A stretch of DNA of 64,000 bases, taken from assembly GCA_004764695.1 (NCBI GenBank), contig SMSO01000014.1:6004029-6068028 (forward strand). The letters run 5' to 3'. Position 1 is the stretch's first letter, and each line of letters opens with the position of its first letter. The stretch is from Schizochytrium sp. TIO01. Taxonomy: Eukaryota; Protista; Bigyra: Labyrinthulomycetes. Positions 44,404-57,983 of this stretch are shown in pieces. Under the pieces are notes generated by a model. That model saw only the letters and a program-made list of their open reading frames with translations. It was not told the DNA's origin and searched no databases. The position numbers and the translations under genes are program-made.

Positions 44404-47400
44404 CTAAACTATCTTGGGAAATCTTGGCAAGGAAAATGGAACGAATGATCCTGCCCCATTCACATCCGGAATAGCAGGGCGGCTTTTATCTGCATGGATA
44501 TGCCGAGTAACGATATCGAGGGCAAAGTTGCGAACAATGTGTCCGCTACTTTCAAGAATATAGGCTAGATGGTTATCACATCGTGGAATACCCAAAAAAA
44601 AATTTGCATTCGTCTTCACATGTAAGGGAGGACGCCAGGCCCAAGTGTCCTGCGAGTCAATACGATTCCAAAAAACCCATTCCTTGCTAGAATTAGAAGG
44701 CTGCCATCTTGTCAGCGCTGCAATCACTTTACCACTGGAGCTGTCATTACCGTTTTCAGGAAGAAGTAGCTCTAAGCGGCGAATAGTTGAGTCATACATA
44801 ATGTCAGCATTGGCAAGAACACAAACTTTCCCTTGTAAGTTGCCATTTGCATAATGGATTGCATCAGAGAACATGAGGCGTCGACCTAGCACAACATGCT
44901 TAACTTCAGCATAGAATTGAGTCTCGGGAGGGAAAATTGGAACGGTTGGCGAGCTTTCAAGAAGAATATGAACTTCGTCGAATGCACCAGATTCAACATT
45001 TGCGCGAATGCAGCGTTGTAACTCCTTCAATCGGTCATCTGCATTAGGTCCTCTCGGTTCATAGTACTGAACAATAAGTGCGAATTTAATTTGCTTGGGC
45101 AAATCTGCATCGCGCAGAAGCGAAGGCCCGAGCCCAGCTTGCCGATGTTCTGCCACGAACCTGTAATATTGTTCGGTTACATCTATAACATGTGATCCTA
45201 TGAACAGAGAAAAGTAGGCTGCATTGAGGCGAAGTCTAAGCTGCTCTTCATGAGAAATCGGAACTTTGATAAGCCCATGTCCGAGTAACTGCATACTTTG
45301 TATCGAGAGGTCTAGAAGACACAGCTGGACTCCTGACATTTGATGTAAAGAAATGAGTTCCTCCGAACTTCGTGTAGAAGGACTCAACCCAAGTGCTCTA
45401 GTGTACATTTTGACAATTTCGGGACTACGATCGCTTGACATATACATAAATGCAAGAGAATACAAAGCGCTTGGAAAAGTAGGATCGAGCAGAATAGCTG
45501 CTTTATAGTAGAACTCTGCTTCATCAAGCAAGCCTAACTGTTGGGCAACTTTGGCAAGGTTATTATGCGCGAGGCTTGAGCTTGGGTCAAGTTCAATGCT
45601 TTCCCGCAAATGAATGTACGCTGGATAGAGCTCCCCCTCCGTGTATAGAATGCACCCTAGATCCATTTTCTCTAAAAGCGCATTTGGATGGAGTTCTAGT
45701 TGGCGCTCCGCGTGCTGTCTGGCGTCAACATTACGACCTTGGTCATAATGATTCTTGCTAATAGAATCTTCAACAGAAGGATCAGAAGGATGTGTATCGG
45801 CTGAAGCAAGAGAAAGATCGAGGCGAGCTTGAGAGGCAGATCGAGCGAGAAAGTTTTTCCACTCGTCCAATGTTTGTCTATCATTAAAAATGTTCGGTAC
45901 CTGTTGCAATGTGCGCTCAGCAACGATTTTACGAAACTCACAGTCTTTGGCAAGACGAACGGCCAAATCAACATATTCTTTTGCATTGCGTGGTAATAGA
46001 TCACTCATTTCCATTTTTCGCAAAAACGAAGCTGCCATTCTTCCTCGTAAATAGGCTCCATCCATTGTTACCAAAGGTAAACCAAGGAGAAGAGCATCCG
46101 CAGAGGTTTTTGACCCCCCAAATGGAAAAGGGTGCAACACAACATCCGCTCGTGAGAGTTGCTTTAGATATTCGTCACTAGACGATACACGACTCACAAA
46201 TTTCACTCGCCTCTTTACTGTATCCTCTCCCAGGACCTTGGAAAGACGAGCTTTTAGCTGCTCTGTCCACTCTTTGAGGCGAGCATCGAGTAGGAGCAAT
46301 TCAGCCTCTGGAACCCGATCAAGAATGTTCTTTAAAGCGCGATCGAAAGCTGGGTGAAGCTTGAATGAACTCTGCAGTGTGGCAAATGTGACCTTTCTTG
46401 GACACTTGGGACGAGAATGAAGGTATGAGCGCACTTCTTCAGGAACCGGAATATCATTATAGTGGATTGCTTGGCCGCGTAAGCGAACTACTTGTTCATG
46501 GTAGTGCGGTTCTGCAGACTCCTCAGGTTCCATGGTGTCTCCACTAATGAAAAAGTCCATTTGTGGAGAACCAGAAGTTACAGGGTTACCCCAAAATGCG
46601 CCTTGAACAAGCGCAAGTCGCTCTCGCGCGAGGAAGTGAGTGATTGGTTCGCTCATGGTGTCGGCGAAAATAAGAATATCAAGATTTAGAGCACGCACAT
46701 CTTCTCGTAGTTGCGTAGTATCCATGCTAACAGTAACGATGCGCTCTTGGCCAACCGCTTGAATAACTTCTTCGGATGGTGGCGCGCCAACGCTATATAC
46801 GTAAACGACACGGGGCTCGAAACGAGGGTCGCGAGCCAGTTCTTTCAGAACCCCTGCAAGAAGTTGTCCATGCGCATGGTTCTCATGCCAAAATTTGGAT
46901 ATAAAGCCTACGTAGATTGGTTCGTGAATGTTTCGGTTTGGGCCAGGGCGAGCAGGACCAGGGCTTGCGTATGCTATTTGGCTGTAAGCATGCGATACAA
47001 TTCCCTGGCGCCCATATTCGTTTAACCCATAGTATGTCCAAAAGAAAGGGAGCCATTCAATCTCACTCGTTGGATTCTTGATAAATGAGTGTGTTTGACT
47101 CAACGTTTTTATCCAGTTCTCAAGTTTATGCACCGTCATATTTGCCAGCTCTTCAAAGCTTTTGGAGTCCGGCATAATTGAATAGGTCATCAGCGCAATG
47201 CGAGCGTCCATCATAGCTTCACGACCGTTCCGAGCAGCTAAGTAATGTTGTTCTGCACGTTCTAAATCACCAACTCTGTAATATGAGATAGCAAGGTTAA
47301 CGTGAGCCTCTCCACGTGAAGGGTCCTCACGAAGGGAGGCCTCAAGATACTCACGCGCCTTTTCAAATTGCCCAAGATAATAAAGACATGCACCTGCATT

Positions 47401-48424
47401 GCTAAGAAGAGAGCTCTTTCGGCCAGGGTATTTAAGAGCTTGCTCGTAGAATTCAAGAGCAACGTCAAGTTCACCCGAATTGTGTCTTATTGTGCCAATA
47501 TTGCCGATGACGAGCCCGCGAAGCTCCTGAGCTTGGTAGGCTTCTGGCTCGCCAGGAGCAAGCTGTCTGTCTAAGCAGTTCAGTGCTTTTGCGATAAGCA
47601 TCTTCTGCTTCTTTGCCTTTGCTGCCTCGATGCCAATAGATGGCAGCTTCTTTATAATAGACGCACGGAATAGCTTCCAAGTCCGCCTGTGCAAGTCGCT
47701 TGGAGAATTCCTGCGCAGCTTTTACTGAGGATGCACGCTTCTCGAGAATCCTTGCTATTGAAACGATTGCGTTGAGATAGTTTGCATTTAGACTGAGGGC
47801 TCTATCAAACATCTCCAAAGCAAGGTGATCTTGAAGATCTTCATTGTATGCTATACCCAGATTATAAGCTAATTCAGCCAGCTCTGATTCATTTACATCG
47901 AGTCGTTCATTCTTGAACATGTTCCAGGCTTCCGCTAAAGTGGAAATTGCTCGTGTGGGCCCTGTATAGCGTCGTTGCACTTCGCCAAGATTCGACCAGA
48001 TACGTGGGCTAATATTGCCTTGCGGCCTCGAAAGTGCATCTTTTAAATGCTTTTCAGCGGCACCTAGGTTGTTTTTTTCGATCTCCATGAATGCCAATAG
48101 CTGAAGTGCACTGATACAGCCATCCTCATCGGTGTCGCAGAAGCTAAGAACCTGCTTTATGACTTGTTCGAGCTCCTCAAATCGTCGTTCCTGGAGTAGT
48201 CCCAGAGCGTAATCGATAGCTTGATTTGTGGTGATCGTACGATCCTGCACGAATACTTTGTTCTGGTTTGCAGCCTCGTTCATTGCAGCATTTACCGTTG
48301 TAAAGAAGCAACAATTAAGATACAAAATAACCGTAGTTATAGCCATGCCCATGCCCACGATCATTCGCCGCGACCTTGAGCGCCGAAGGCCGCGGCGATT
48401 CCAAGTTTGAGAAGGCTGTGTCAT
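44404..48424 (-). CDS. Signal-anchored TPR - GT41 (OGT/SPINDLY-like) - TPR - GT-A-like multidomain glycosyltransferase; apparent +1 frameshift at 47587-47590
   Basis: N-terminal basic stretch plus hydrophobic helix, then TPRs. Removing one A restores AEDAYRKALNCL. GT41 motifs: VGFISKFWHENHAHG, RLALVQGAFWGNPVTSG, QSSFKLHPAFD, ADVVLHPFPFGGSKTSADALLLGLPLVT, LRGRMAAS. A second TPR block follows, then a C-terminal domain with VLANADIMYD, ALTRW, SQDTW, LGIPRCDN and TRHIH. Confidence 0.88.
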
Positions 48425-48622
48425 TGATAAAGTTGTCCCTGACGTCTATCGCGTTGTGGCAACAGACTGTGACATGGATTGGCACTCGCGAGCCTCCGTT
48501 GGATCTTGCCTTTGTCTTGGCTCGTTACAGCGCTCACTTAGTGGACCGTCATGGTCTTGTGGTCTTTCAACTCCTTTTATCTACTTTTAATCTATTGAAA
48601 AAGTAATATCGTGGTATTCTAC

Positions 48623-48649
48623 ATATATATATATATATATATATATATA
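48623..48649. repeat. (AT)13 microsatellite
   Basis: Direct reading. Confidence 0.95.
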
Positions 48650-51350
48650 AAGAAAAAGAAAACGAGATTAACATCATTTATTTGCTTCATAGGACTATGC
48701 CACGCCAGGAATCTTGCAAGATTATGCAATTGGTGATGCAAGTACCACACGTACCATAACCCGATCTAATATAATACATTGCCTATGTGATTTCGTTTCG
48801 TTTATGCAAGGCTACTAGTATCTAGCATCGAGACGAGTTGGCAAGGCTTCGTTCGCAGCACCTTGGTTTTTACCGTATTAAGAAAAACAAAAACATTTAG
48901 TCCATCAATGATGATGCATTAAGAAGACACTAAAATGCTGCATTTCCTGATGAGAATGTCATGTCTGAGAGCTCCGTACGGGATGTGGCCTTGATACAAG
49001 ACACCATTCATCTCGTAAATAGCCATTTTAAATTTCCTTCTATCGTTGAGTCTAACCGATTGCACAATTTAGAGGTTGAGATATTTCCGTGGGATCACCA
49101 AGCAATGCGAATTTTGTCCGTGGCATCTGCTAGAGGAACGAAATAATACTGCACACGTATTACCAGATTGGTTTGCAGTAGATATGCGGTCGATGCAATT
49201 GTAAATTGTTATACATTAGATAGACTAACGAATTCTAAACGAGATGTCCAATCGATGATTTCCCACTTTGAAGAGTATGCATTAAAGCATTGCATCGGCT
49301 AGGTACGAGATGATGAGATGGAATCAAGTGACAGGAGTGTCATGCAATAGTTCATCCACTGGAAGGATCGAGCAGCCCTCCCCTAGAAAACAATTTGCCT
49401 GGCCTTTTGGTAGGAAAATTGTGATCAATACCACTTCGTCAAGTTCAAAGCAACAGTAATTACCTACCCTCCCCCAAACAAAATAAACAATCACATTCTT
49501 CAACCTAAATCTATTTTATAGCCGGAAACGCACGGCATAGTTCTACTTAGGTTTCAGGGCAAACTATATAATATGTCTTTGGTTTGTAGTACGACTTCAG
49601 TCTTGACCTCACCGCACACATCATTGCAACAATTCATCCTAAACTTCAAGTACAAATGCAGCGGCGTTCACCACTGCATATAACTAAGCTACTATTCAAC
49701 ATAAAGCTGAGTACGAGGCAGTCGTTTTACCATACCATCTTATCACATATTTGCTTGCATGGTTTACAACTTCTTCTGTTGGTACAGTTCAAAAGAATTG
49801 GAAGGTTTTCATTTCCTTTATCTTTTCTATTTTCTTTTCATATTTCTGCAAAGTGTTCTGTTTCCTTCTCTGTTTTCTATAGTTTACCCGAAGAAAGTAG
49901 CATCCAATGTGTGTTGCATTATGCGCACGCTTCAGGAGCGGACATCGGTCACCTCTCAGGCTACCGGACATTTAGCTTCCACCCATTGTGCACCAGCCAA
50001 CGACATCCCAATCTTCATTGCTTCCCGCCTAAACCTGTTCCGCCAGGCATTCCGCTGCCAAGTTGTGAACAGGAGATGACGATTCTTAGTCTCTGGAGCG
50101 CCAATAAGGAGCAGCTCAAGAGCCCGCCTTGGGAAAGGGTTGTTGACCAGCCAGCTGTACCAGGCACCGAGTGCAAATCAAATGATCTCGTGCTGGAATT
50201 TACTGCTGCAAATGCCGTGCTTCGGCCTTGCTATCGCTGCCAGGCGCTTGTTTCCTTGCTTGCTTGCTTGCTTCCTTCCTTCCTTCCCACAAGAGAGCGA
50301 GCCTTTGCTCGCGCCACCTCTCTGTCGAAAACCTGACAGCAGCCACCCTTTGTGGCAGCTGCAGTGCTGTTCTGTAATCAAGCCAACGCCAAAACTCACA
50401 ACCCCCTTGCCCAAGTTCCTCTTCAAGTCGCTCCCAAGACGATCATGGATTCCTCGTCCCATCACATCCTCCTCCTCTCTTCAAAGCACCAGAAAAGCAA
50501 TTTGCTGAGTGGCTCATGGTTTCATGGTTCTTCTTCATGATCCATGATTCATGAATTTGCATTGATAGTATGACTGGTAAATTGTGAACCATAAAACATA
50601 AAAGAAAAAAGCGAATCAAAGTCTTGAATCATGAAGCTACATGAATGAATAATTAATGAATCATGAATCATCATAATGCCGAGGAAGACCTGCCTCGCTG
50701 CGTCCGACTTCGGCTTGCTTTCCTACCTCGACTGCGATGTAACTCGTATTAGCTCGCGAGGACGGCGCTGGCGCGCACGTGCAGATATATAGATAGATAG
50801 ATTACCTTTGCTTAGTTTTGGTAGTGGGCAGGTGCCGCCCAGTCACGATTGTCGTCAACATGATCCAAGATCCCGACGATGAAACCACGCTTGAAACATG
50901 CATTGTCACTCAAAGGCACCCTCCACGACGAGGACCTCGAGCGCGTAGGTGATGTTCTAATCGCAACACAAGCAATGCATGCAGCAGGCCACCCTAAGAG
51001 AGCCAACATTTTTCGTCGCTTCTTCACATCCAACTTATTCTTTCGGCATCCCAGTCGATTCGATAGGTATGCCGCACGTGCGCCCAAAGACCATGCTGAG
51101 CATGATGATGGTTCTACTGGCGCTGCCGGTGCCGGTCATCATGGTGTTCTCACTCTGCTCGTACTAGCAGCTATGTGTACTAAGGCGCTTCTCACCACAA
51201 CTCGGTACGTCGCATTTCTTCTTTGACCATCTCAATGGAATGATGGAGAAGTCTCACTTTACAGAAACTCGGCTGCTTCCTCCCCCCTACGAGCCAGGTG
51301 CACGAACACTTTGCCAAGTTTGCAGTATGATTCATTCTTTTGGACATCGG

Positions 51351-51376
51351 CATCATCATCATCATCATCATCATCA
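51351..51376. repeat. (CAT)8 microsatellite
   Basis: Direct reading. Confidence 0.9.
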
Positions 51377-52369
51377 CGAATTCTCAATAACAATACTTGT
51401 TAACGCTCGCTGCTCTGAGATCCTGAAATGGAGAGCTCGACCCATTCGCGCTGCGTTGCCTCGATTCCTTGCGAATTCTTTGAAGACTTGATTTCGAGGG
51501 GGGAGGAAGTTCAAGATCTAATACATTGCTCCAAACACAAGTTACACAACTCTGAACTTGGCCACCTTCGAATTGGCCGATTTCGGGCTTCAATTATCAC
51601 AGGGTCAAACTGCTCTCAGCGATGGTCGTTCACATCGCCGTGCGCTATTAAGCGCGTATTTGCTGTCGTCCTTGGCAGCTCGAGGGTGACTGACCTTCAT
51701 CGGAAGAGGCTTCAATAAGCACGTGTTTTAACAAAAAAAGAACTCAATTAGAAGACACGCGCGTAATGTAACACCATACCTACCAGGTTCTATAGATAGC
51801 AATATGTGATGCTTACGCGAGGACTTCCCCCAAATTAGATTAAAACGCTTTAAACTTTAGAAAGAAATATGTTGTTTTCCCTCCATTTTTTTTATTATTT
51901 TGTTTATTTTTTACATGATTTTTTAAAAGTTGACTTGTTAACTATGGATAATAAATAGGTATTTGTGATCATAGGAAATAAACCTAAGATAAAAATAATT
52001 TTTTCATGAAGCCGAGTACTACTCTAGCTAGTAGTAACAACATAATTTCTATTTTTTAATTTTAATTTTTAAATAAAGTAAAATAAGTTAACAACGGAAA
52101 TGGAACTTGGATGAAAAGGGGGTTGTTAGAAAACGGGGCCGCAGTTTTGTCATCATGAAGATCGTCTTGCACAGAGCCTTCCTTTGCAACGTCTGAATTA
52201 AGCCCCTTATTTATGGAACACCTGTCAGGAGCTAAAGATTTGCATGCGGTCGGCCAAGGTAATTGCCTGCGATCTGATTTCTTTGTGATTTAAAGTTATA
52301 TATCTACTGATTTTCTGTGGCATTTCCCCTCTTTGTTTTTAAAGCCTGCTTCAAGTTGTTATTTTTAAT

Positions 52370-52377
<8 letters not shown>

Positions 52378-52401
<24 letters not shown>

Positions 52402-52404
52402 AAA
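52378..52404. repeat. Poly(A) tract, 27 nt
   Basis: Direct reading. Confidence 0.95.
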
Positions 52405-54160
52405 CTTAGCTTGCTTTCCAAAGCACAGCGGGGAGGCTCCCTCTCGCCTCAATATAGTCCCTGCTAGGTGCTGTTACTCCAAGGTTCAAGTTCTAATCTA
52501 ACCTAGGCCAATCCAATCTCTTCGAAACTAAGTTTAGCGAACAGAAACCCAAGCTGCTGGAGCGTTTCTTGAAGATGCAGAGATTATCTCCCTACATCGA
52601 TCAACGCCACGGCGGTACTTTGTTTTTTTGTTCGTGCGACGTAATGTCGTGCAAGGTCCTAGAAAATCGGCCGCAGGTGGCATTGCAAAAGCACTTGCAC
52701 CAGAAAATATTGAACTTCAAACCAATCTCGATGACCCGAAAGTTGATGGATATATTGACGGGACCGGGGTGAACGCGACTCGGAGCTTGACACAGCCCAG
52801 AAACACCCTCTGAGTATAACGAAGACCCTTGCTGCACAGAAAAAGGGTGTCAAGATACTCTCCGAACGTGCTGCAAGTCGCTATGAAAACCTTGAGGTGA
52901 CTAATCATCAAAACTGGGTAGGTGGTACCAATGCTAGCACGAAGCGAGCGGGCGATTGAATCCAGGTAAGATTCAACCCGTCGAACGACAGTCACCGCTG
53001 TGAAGATGCAAAGATGAGGAATTAATAATCAGTTTAACAAAACGACAGCACTTTTATATTTTATATTATATATATATATTTTTTTTACGTGATGACAATT
53101 TTATAATTTGCTAGCATATCTAGCAATATTAATAAGCTTCGATAGTGGTGTGGAGAAGGAGGTGTGCACGTGCGGCGTGCGAGCGAATGTGTGAGTGATC
53201 CATTGCTTTCATGAAAAAAATAAGTTCAAGTTCACCGAGGAGGATTAAAGAGCGATGGGTTTGGACTTGGGCATACATACCAGTTCAATTGTGGTGGGCC
53301 AGCAAATGAGGAGGGATACGCGCCAGGGAGGGCTTTTGCAGATGGCCATTTCCCACCCCCGCTGGAGTCCCTCGCCCGCTGGCAATCAGCTTGCGCACGG
53401 CACGAGCCTTTACTTTAGAGGCTAAAATAGCAACCCATCTATTTGGAATACAATATTTCCATCAACTTGTTTAATTGGTTTATGGACTTGAATGATGAAA
53501 ACATTATTTATGAAAATGCTTAGGTTTAGAAAGAACCTCCCAGACAGTATAAAACATTCATTACCTGTAGTATCACTTGGAAAGTGCTAAACTTGGACGA
53601 TAAAGAAAGAGAATGCTCACTACCTACCCTAGATACTATATCGACGCGCTTCATCAATAAAGAGAAGAGAATCCTAGCTCTGCAAAATATAAACCAGTCT
53701 GAGTGATGATGGTTGGAACAGAGAAGAACATCGAAAGCGAGGGGGAGAGGCAAGCAAACAGGCCGACCAAAGAAAGGGGTCGTGTGGTGTTTTGATATTC
53801 GTCTAGTACCGTTGCAGTGTTTTGATGGCGGGGCTCTTCATGGTGTTTAGTTTGGTTTTTTATAATTCGCACGTCGCAACTTTGGGAATGTGATCCGGAA
53901 TCGACCTGATCAGCAGGAGCAAAACACTTACTCAAAGAGGCCTTCCACATAAACCCCAATCATCTCCGATGTCCCGGGTGCACAGCCGGCTTGCCAGATA
54001 CGTATGTGTAGGTGGATTATGTACGTACCGACCTTCACAGAGCGATTGCATAGGCAGTTGCAAGTTGCAGTACTTTTACGAAGCTTTGTCTGAGTCGGTA
54101 TCCATCACTTTGATAAAATAAACATGTATTAAATTTGATTAAATAAACATTTATTTATTT

Positions 54161-54260
<100 letters not shown>

Positions 54261-54969
54261 CTTTCGATCGCTTAATCGGAACTATTGACTTGAACTGTTA
54301 ACCATATTAACCTACAACAACGTTAGCGCACGCAACGGTGGTACCTGCTGCTTCCTTTTCTACGTTCTTCGTCATTCCTCAATCAATGCGGCTTGCGTGG
54401 AAAAGCTTGAAAGCTTGAAGGGGCTTAGGAAAAGTTATCTGCATAAGGAAGCCTAATTTGTTTCCAGCTTCATGGTGCTCAATTTGGCGGAGTAAAGCAT
54501 TACCATGGCAAGGGAAACAATATGTTGAAAATCCTTAGTAGCTAGGAGAAGATTGTGTAGAATTCAAAGGTTTCAAGATTTTCAGGAACAAGAAGCTAGA
54601 TCTGGTTAGTGGTACTTCCTGAGCTGAGAGATTATCTGAGGTACATCTGTGCTCCTGTACTCTTTCCTTCAGCACTGCTGTCTTAGAATAATTCGAAACA
54701 AGAGATCAAGTTTGCAAAACGCTTGATGAAAAAGTTAATAAAGCTGTACGAAAATGGCATGCCACAGAAAGCAAAATAAGAATAATTTACAGCATCTTTT
54801 TAAATTAAAAACTTCTTTCATTATAGGGAATCATCAACCGTTACCATAAGGTAAAAACTAGATAACCAACCTTTCGCATACTCAATACGATCAAACTTTT
54901 AAAATTCGTTCCTATGAATAATTATTTTCATTCCTGTTGTTGTGAAAGCTGAAATTTGTTGAATAAATA

Positions 54970-55003
54970 AAAATGAAATGAAATGAAATGAAATGAAATG
55001 AAA
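54970..55003. repeat. (AAATG)6 microsatellite
   Basis: Direct reading. Confidence 0.9.
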
Positions 55004-56353
55004 TAAAACAAAAACATAAAACAAGAGAAAACAGAAAATAAACTTTGGGCTTGCTCCATTTTGGTTGTCGCCTAGAACCCCGTCTCCGTCACGTCTGAGG
55101 AACTCAAGCCGAGTTTGAGGGTTGGCGTGAGCCACCCTTCAAATCACACTCTCCGGCCCTCACCCCACTCAAGGGATTGCCCATTAACAGTTTGCTTGCT
55201 TGCCCATCTACTTACCGCGCACGAGGAGCCGAAGGAGGCCGTCGGCTTGGTAGCAAACCAGAACAGACCAAGGGGCATTGCGCATTCCTTTCTGTTGCGT
55301 GCGATCCGGGGCTCAAAGCAGAAGCGCCAGGATTCAGAGCAAGGCTCAAGGCTAAGCCCTCGTTCAGATACTTGTTCCAGGGCTTGTGGTCGCACGCACG
55401 CTCGCTCTCACAGGAGCGTCGGCAAACGTTCTTCGTTGTCAGAGAACCTGAGGTGCCGCACATTGCGAGCGCGTGGCATTTATATCAAGAAGGAGCAATA
55501 TAAGGAGAAGAAGTTAACAACACTCGTCACGAACGCCAACCGAAGCCAGAAGGCTTAGCGGCTGCTACTTTGTGGGGCTGCCATAGGCTGAGGCCTTTAA
55601 GGTCCTAGCTAAGTTTGCAGAGACCTTGAGCAGCTGCTTATAGTAGGCGTGAGCCTCCGGGTTCGCCTTCTGTGCACGCGCCGATTGTGAGGTCTTTCTT
55701 TCTTTCTTTCTTTCTTCTTTCTTTCTTCGCTTACTCCCTTTCTCTTTTCTTTTGTTCTTTTTCATTCTCTTTTAAGGACTTGGGCTCGCTACTTTGGGAA
55801 CAACGGCGAATTTCTAGCTGGTCATCCAGTTCCCCATTTGCTAACAGCCCAGGCGAGGAGCCTGAGCGAGGGGAGGTGAACCTCTTGTTGGTTTACACCC
55901 TTGCGGGTTTGCAAATTAGAAACGCTGCTGACGTTGTTGGGGCTGAACTGTAGTGCAGACAAATTGCGATTAGTTTGAGCGAGATTTCATTGACTGCAAC
56001 TAAATTGCAATTCATTCAGGTATTGTTGGAACTCTGTGCGCTGGGGTTCTGGAGAGCGGCAAAACCAAGACCAAACTGGAGGACCGGGGAGGCTCGGTTT
56101 GCAGCTCTAATTGTGGTGTGGCTAGCTGCCTCTTGGGTTATCCCAACGGAGAGGGGGGGTTCTTCCCCAAGAGGGGGAAGGAACGGAAAGGGCGGGCCAC
56201 CCTGCGACGCCTGCTTCACCCTGCTTTGGCTTCCCGACATTTCCCTTGAGGACCCTTTTCGGAGGCTTGTAGTTTCTTCGAACGGTCATCTTATTCTTTA
56301 AATTAGGCTGGTGAGAAACCTTGCAGCGCAGTGCCGTTGTTGTTATCTCGATC

Positions 56354-57983
56354 ATGAGCCACCTTCTTGCATTAAACTGTACTGGGGATGATGATTCAGA
56401 TTCATCATTTGGAGATCTGCCTGATCTCTGGGTGGCCGGTGTAGCATGCTCTGTGGTTTCTTCCTTTGCCACGGCGATTGGGACTATAATGCAGAAGAAG
56501 GTACATGTGAGACAAGAGTCCCTTCCGGACAACGAAAAGAGTCCGGAATTTATTGGCATCATCTTCAACAAAAGATGGTTTATCGCTTTAATAGTGATGG
56601 GCATTGTACCCTTACCCTTCGACTTTACTGCATTTGCTCTTGCACCACAAAGTCTAATTGCTACAATGTCCGGTCTCACTATTGTCCTTAATCAGGTCTT
56701 TGCACCCATTATGCTTGATGAAAAATTAACTCGTGTTGAGGTATACGGTACTGTGATCATTGTCTCGGGTGTGGTGCTCGTATCTTTAAGCACTGGAAGC
56801 AACCCAACTGATTATAATCTTTGTGAGCTGATTGGCCGCTACGGCGACCCGGATGTGCTCGGTGCGGTCTTCTTTGTGATCGCTATGATGATTGTATGTT
56901 TGTTTCTTATTCACTCAGGTTATTGTCCTAGCATGCTAGAGCCTGTACGTCCTGAATTTTTTCGCTTTTACTGCAGGAGGTTTCGCTTCTTTGATGCAAA
57001 TTGCTATCAAAGCCATGGGCGAACTTGTTACCGACCTTTTTGATTCAGCTGATCGTTCCACCTGGCGAACACTTTGGCCATACTTTCACATAGTTGCCAT
57101 TATTTTTCTTGCCATCGGTATGATCAGTTACATTAATCGTGGGCTACAAACATATGATGCAGTCCTTTACACCCCGCTATACTTTACCAACCTTATTGTT
57201 CTGAGTTCATCACTTGGGCTGATTTTTTATAAAGAATACCAAGATTTTGATACCTGGCAAATGGCCATCTATCCTACTGGTGTGGTCATTGTTTGTACTG
57301 GTATTCTCTTTATGACTTTGAAAGGAGTGAACATTCAACAAGTCCGCGCCCGAGTAGCTCGCTTAGACCGATCACGCGCGTGGCGTCGTTCTTACCGCCG
57401 AAATAATGTACTCGCGACAAGTAATGCAGATCTAGATGATGAGGATCCTCCAAATAACAACAACCACGGCAATAATGAGGTTACTAATGACGAAAGCTCG
57501 ATGACAGCATCTGTTGTTGATCCTGACGAAAAATGTTCTGGACAAGATTCACCAAATTCCAGTCGGTTTGTGCACGTCAAGAAAATGGCGTCGTCTGCGA
57601 AGGCTCACGTCCGCCAGATCCCCAGCAAGATCCACAAACCAGCACTTCCAAGTATGCCGAATATCTCCAGGCCAACGCGACTTACCCTGCCAAACTGGTC
57701 AGCTACCCCACCATGGAAATGGAGCACTTTCTCGCGAACAGAGCCGGACAGCACAAATACTACAGATGTTGCCTCTCCCACAGACATGCATAATCTCAGC
57801 TTCGACAGAAACAGCCACCCTGAGCAAGACATTGAGAACGGTGGTAATGATTTTACTTCAGACTCTGCTTCGCGTGAATATAGAAAAAGCAGAACTGACT
57901 CCCGCCTCTTTGATCATAGTGAAGTCGACAGCCACAAACATTTTTCAGAAAACCCCAAAATGAGACGGGACTCATATGAATAA
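56354..57983 (+). CDS. NIPA-family (DMT) magnesium transporter-like protein; apparent +1 frameshift at T6 run 56957-56962
   Basis: ATG at 56354. SSFATAIGTIMQKK, RWFIAL, FTAFALAPQSLIATMSGLTIVLN, MLDEKLT. Removing one T gives EFFAFTAGGFASLMQIAIKA and continues to ISYINRGLQTYDAVLYTPLYF and GLIFYKEY. Long disordered tail. Confidence 0.9.

Noticed and set aside
49656-50336. 226-aa plus-strand ORF
   Set aside because: Runs through low-complexity T-rich sequence, has atypical composition and no motifs; probably spurious.
51240-51491. Poly-His ORF (and antisense poly-Met ORF)
   Set aside because: Produced by the (CAT)8 microsatellite; no other coding evidence.
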